From Eledone cirrhosa (Eukaryota): a stretch of DNA of 64,000 nucleotides. Where the stretch lies: contig OZ024740.1 of NCBI GenBank assembly GCA_964016885.1, positions 16,678,001 to 16,742,000 of the forward strand. Reading direction: 5' to 3'. Within the stretch, counting starts at the first letter, position 1. Each line of letters opens with the position of its first letter. Shown here one piece after another: positions 62,901 through 64,000 of the stretch. The notes beneath the pieces were generated by a model. That model was not told the origin of the DNA and made no database searches. It worked only from the letters and a program-made list of their open reading frames with translations. The position numbers were made by a program, and so were the translations under genes.

Positions 62901-64000
62901 GGACAGGGCTTTACAGGGAGACATTAGTTTAAATATGGTGGCTTCTAGACAGAGGTTTACAGAGAGACATCAGTGTAAATATGGTGGCTTCTAGACGGAG
63001 GTTTACAGGGAGATATCAGTGTAAATATGGTGTCTTCTGGACAGAGGTTTCCAGGGAGATATCAGTGTAAATATGGTGTCTTCTGGACAGAGCTTTACAG
63101 GGAGATATCAGAGTAAATATGGCGGCTTCTGGACAGAGCTTTACAGGGAGACATCAGTGTAAATATGCTGGCTTCTAGACAGAGTTTTACAGGGAGACAT
63201 CAGTGTAAATATGGTGGCTTCTGGACAGATGTTTACAGGGAGACATTAGTGTAAAAATGGTGGCTTCTGGACGGAGGTTTACAGGGAGACATCAGTGTAA
63301 ATATGTTGGCTTCTAGACAGAGGTTTACAGGGAGACATCAGTGTAAATATGATGGCTTCTGGATAGAGGTTTACAGGGAGACATCAGTGTAAATATGGTG
63401 GCTTCTGGACAGAGGTTTACAGGGACACATCAGTGTAAATATGGTGGCTTCTGGACAGAGCATTACAGGGAGATATCAGAGTAAATATGGTGGCTTCTAG
63501 ACAAAGCTTTACAGGGAGACATCAGTGTAAATATGGTGGCTTCTAGACAGAGCTTTACAGGGAGACATCAGTGTAAATATGGTGGTTTCTAGACAAAGCT
63601 TTACAGGGAGACATCAGTGTAAATATGGTGGCTTCTAGACAAAGCTTTACAGGGAGACATCAGTGTAAATATGGTGGCTTCTTGACAGAGCTTTACAGGG
63701 AAACATCAGTGTAAATATGGTGGCTTCTGGACAGGTTTACAGGGAGATATCAGTGTAAATAAGGTGGCTTCTAGACAGAGGTTTACAGGGATATTTTAGT
63801 GTAAATATGGTGGCATCTGGACAGAGGTTTACAGGGAGACATCAGTGTAAATATGGTGGCTTCTCGACAGAGCTTTACAGGGAGATATCAGTGTAAATAT
63901 GGTGGCTTCTGGACAGAGGTTTACAAGGAGACATCCGTGTAAATATGTTGGCTTCTGGACAGAGCTTTACAGGGATACATTAGTGTAAATATGGTGGCTT
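53980..64000 (+). repeat. Higher-order block ~53980-56742 repeated at ~61240-64000 (offset 7258), with a more diverged intermediate copy at ~58250-61100
   Basis: Offset 7258: ATATGGTAGC 54161/61419, CTGGAGAGAAG 54951/62209, ATAAGGTGG 56501/63759, AGACATCCGT 56671/63929, ACAGGGATAC 56711/63969. The middle copy has ATATGGTAGC at 58388. Confidence 0.9.

Larger units (their letters stand above)
1..64000 (+). repeat. Tandem satellite array, 46-bp monomer, ~1,390 copies, consensus TTTACAGGGAGAYATCAGWGTAAATATGGTGGCTTCTRGACAGAGS
   Basis: TTACAGGGAGA recurs at 1, 47, 93 and onward with a 46-bp period through to 64000. Most monomers differ from consensus at 0-3 positions, with occasional 44-bp and 47-bp monomers. 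No interruption or orientation change was seen. The all-G-allele monomer has A13 C6 G15 T12. Confidence 0.99.

Noticed and set aside
1-64000. CRISPR array
   Set aside because: The monomer has a dyad, but there are no unique spacers. The whole 46 bp is repeated and no cas genes are present.
1-64000. Repeat-protein exon (zinc finger or mucin-like), prompted by the HQCKY peptide
   Set aside because: The unit is not a multiple of 3. Stops recur on both strands (TAA and TAG on +, TGA and TAA on -), and there is no C2H2 spacing or codon-position bias in the variants.
1-64000. Telomeric repeat, suggested by TTACAGGG resembling TTAGGG and by the G-rich strand
   Set aside because: The unit is 46 bp and heterogeneous, with inherited multi-kb variant patterns. 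That is incompatible with templated telomerase addition, and no TTAGGG-type tract is present. A subtelomeric location remains possible.
1-64000. Tandem tRNA, 5S, snRNA or other RNA gene cluster
   Set aside because: The monomer is too short, with no cloverleaf, no recognisable A/B boxes and no similarity to RNA genes that I recognise.
1-64000. Pure sequencing or rolling-circle concatemer artefact
   Set aside because: Variants are not random errors. The same rare alleles recur in the same order in diverged blocks tens of kb apart, as expected from real evolutionary duplication. Individual block copy numbers could still be misassembled.
1-64000. Variant order as an information-bearing code or recombination cassette system
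   Set aside because: The pattern is fully explained by point mutation plus block duplication and deletion. No recombinase, expression site or unique cassette content is present in the window.

Overview
The whole 64 kb window is one uninterrupted head-to-tail tandem array of a 46-bp monomer, about 1,390 copies (64000/46), all in the same orientation and running off both ends. The consensus is TTTACAGGGAGAYATCAGWGTAAATATGGTGGCTTCTRGACAGAGS. I found no unique sequence, genes, RNA genes, transposon insertions, inversions or CRISPR spacers, and the listed ORFs are by-products of repeat variants. The informative signal lies in the order of monomer variants. Rare substitutions and -2/+1 indel monomers act as barcodes and reveal nested block duplications at offsets of 92, 322, 368, 872, 1332, 2025, 2208, ~3200, ~4090, ~4880, 5374, ~6550, 7258 and ~33100 bp. 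They also reveal a 25-monomer deletion junction and a left-to-right turnover of variant families. The picture fits a young, actively turning-over eukaryotic satellite with irregular higher-order repeats. I cannot assign an organism or named family, and I see no evidence of a novel gene-encoded system. All offsets were read by eye from marker positions, and block boundaries are approximate to within a few monomers.
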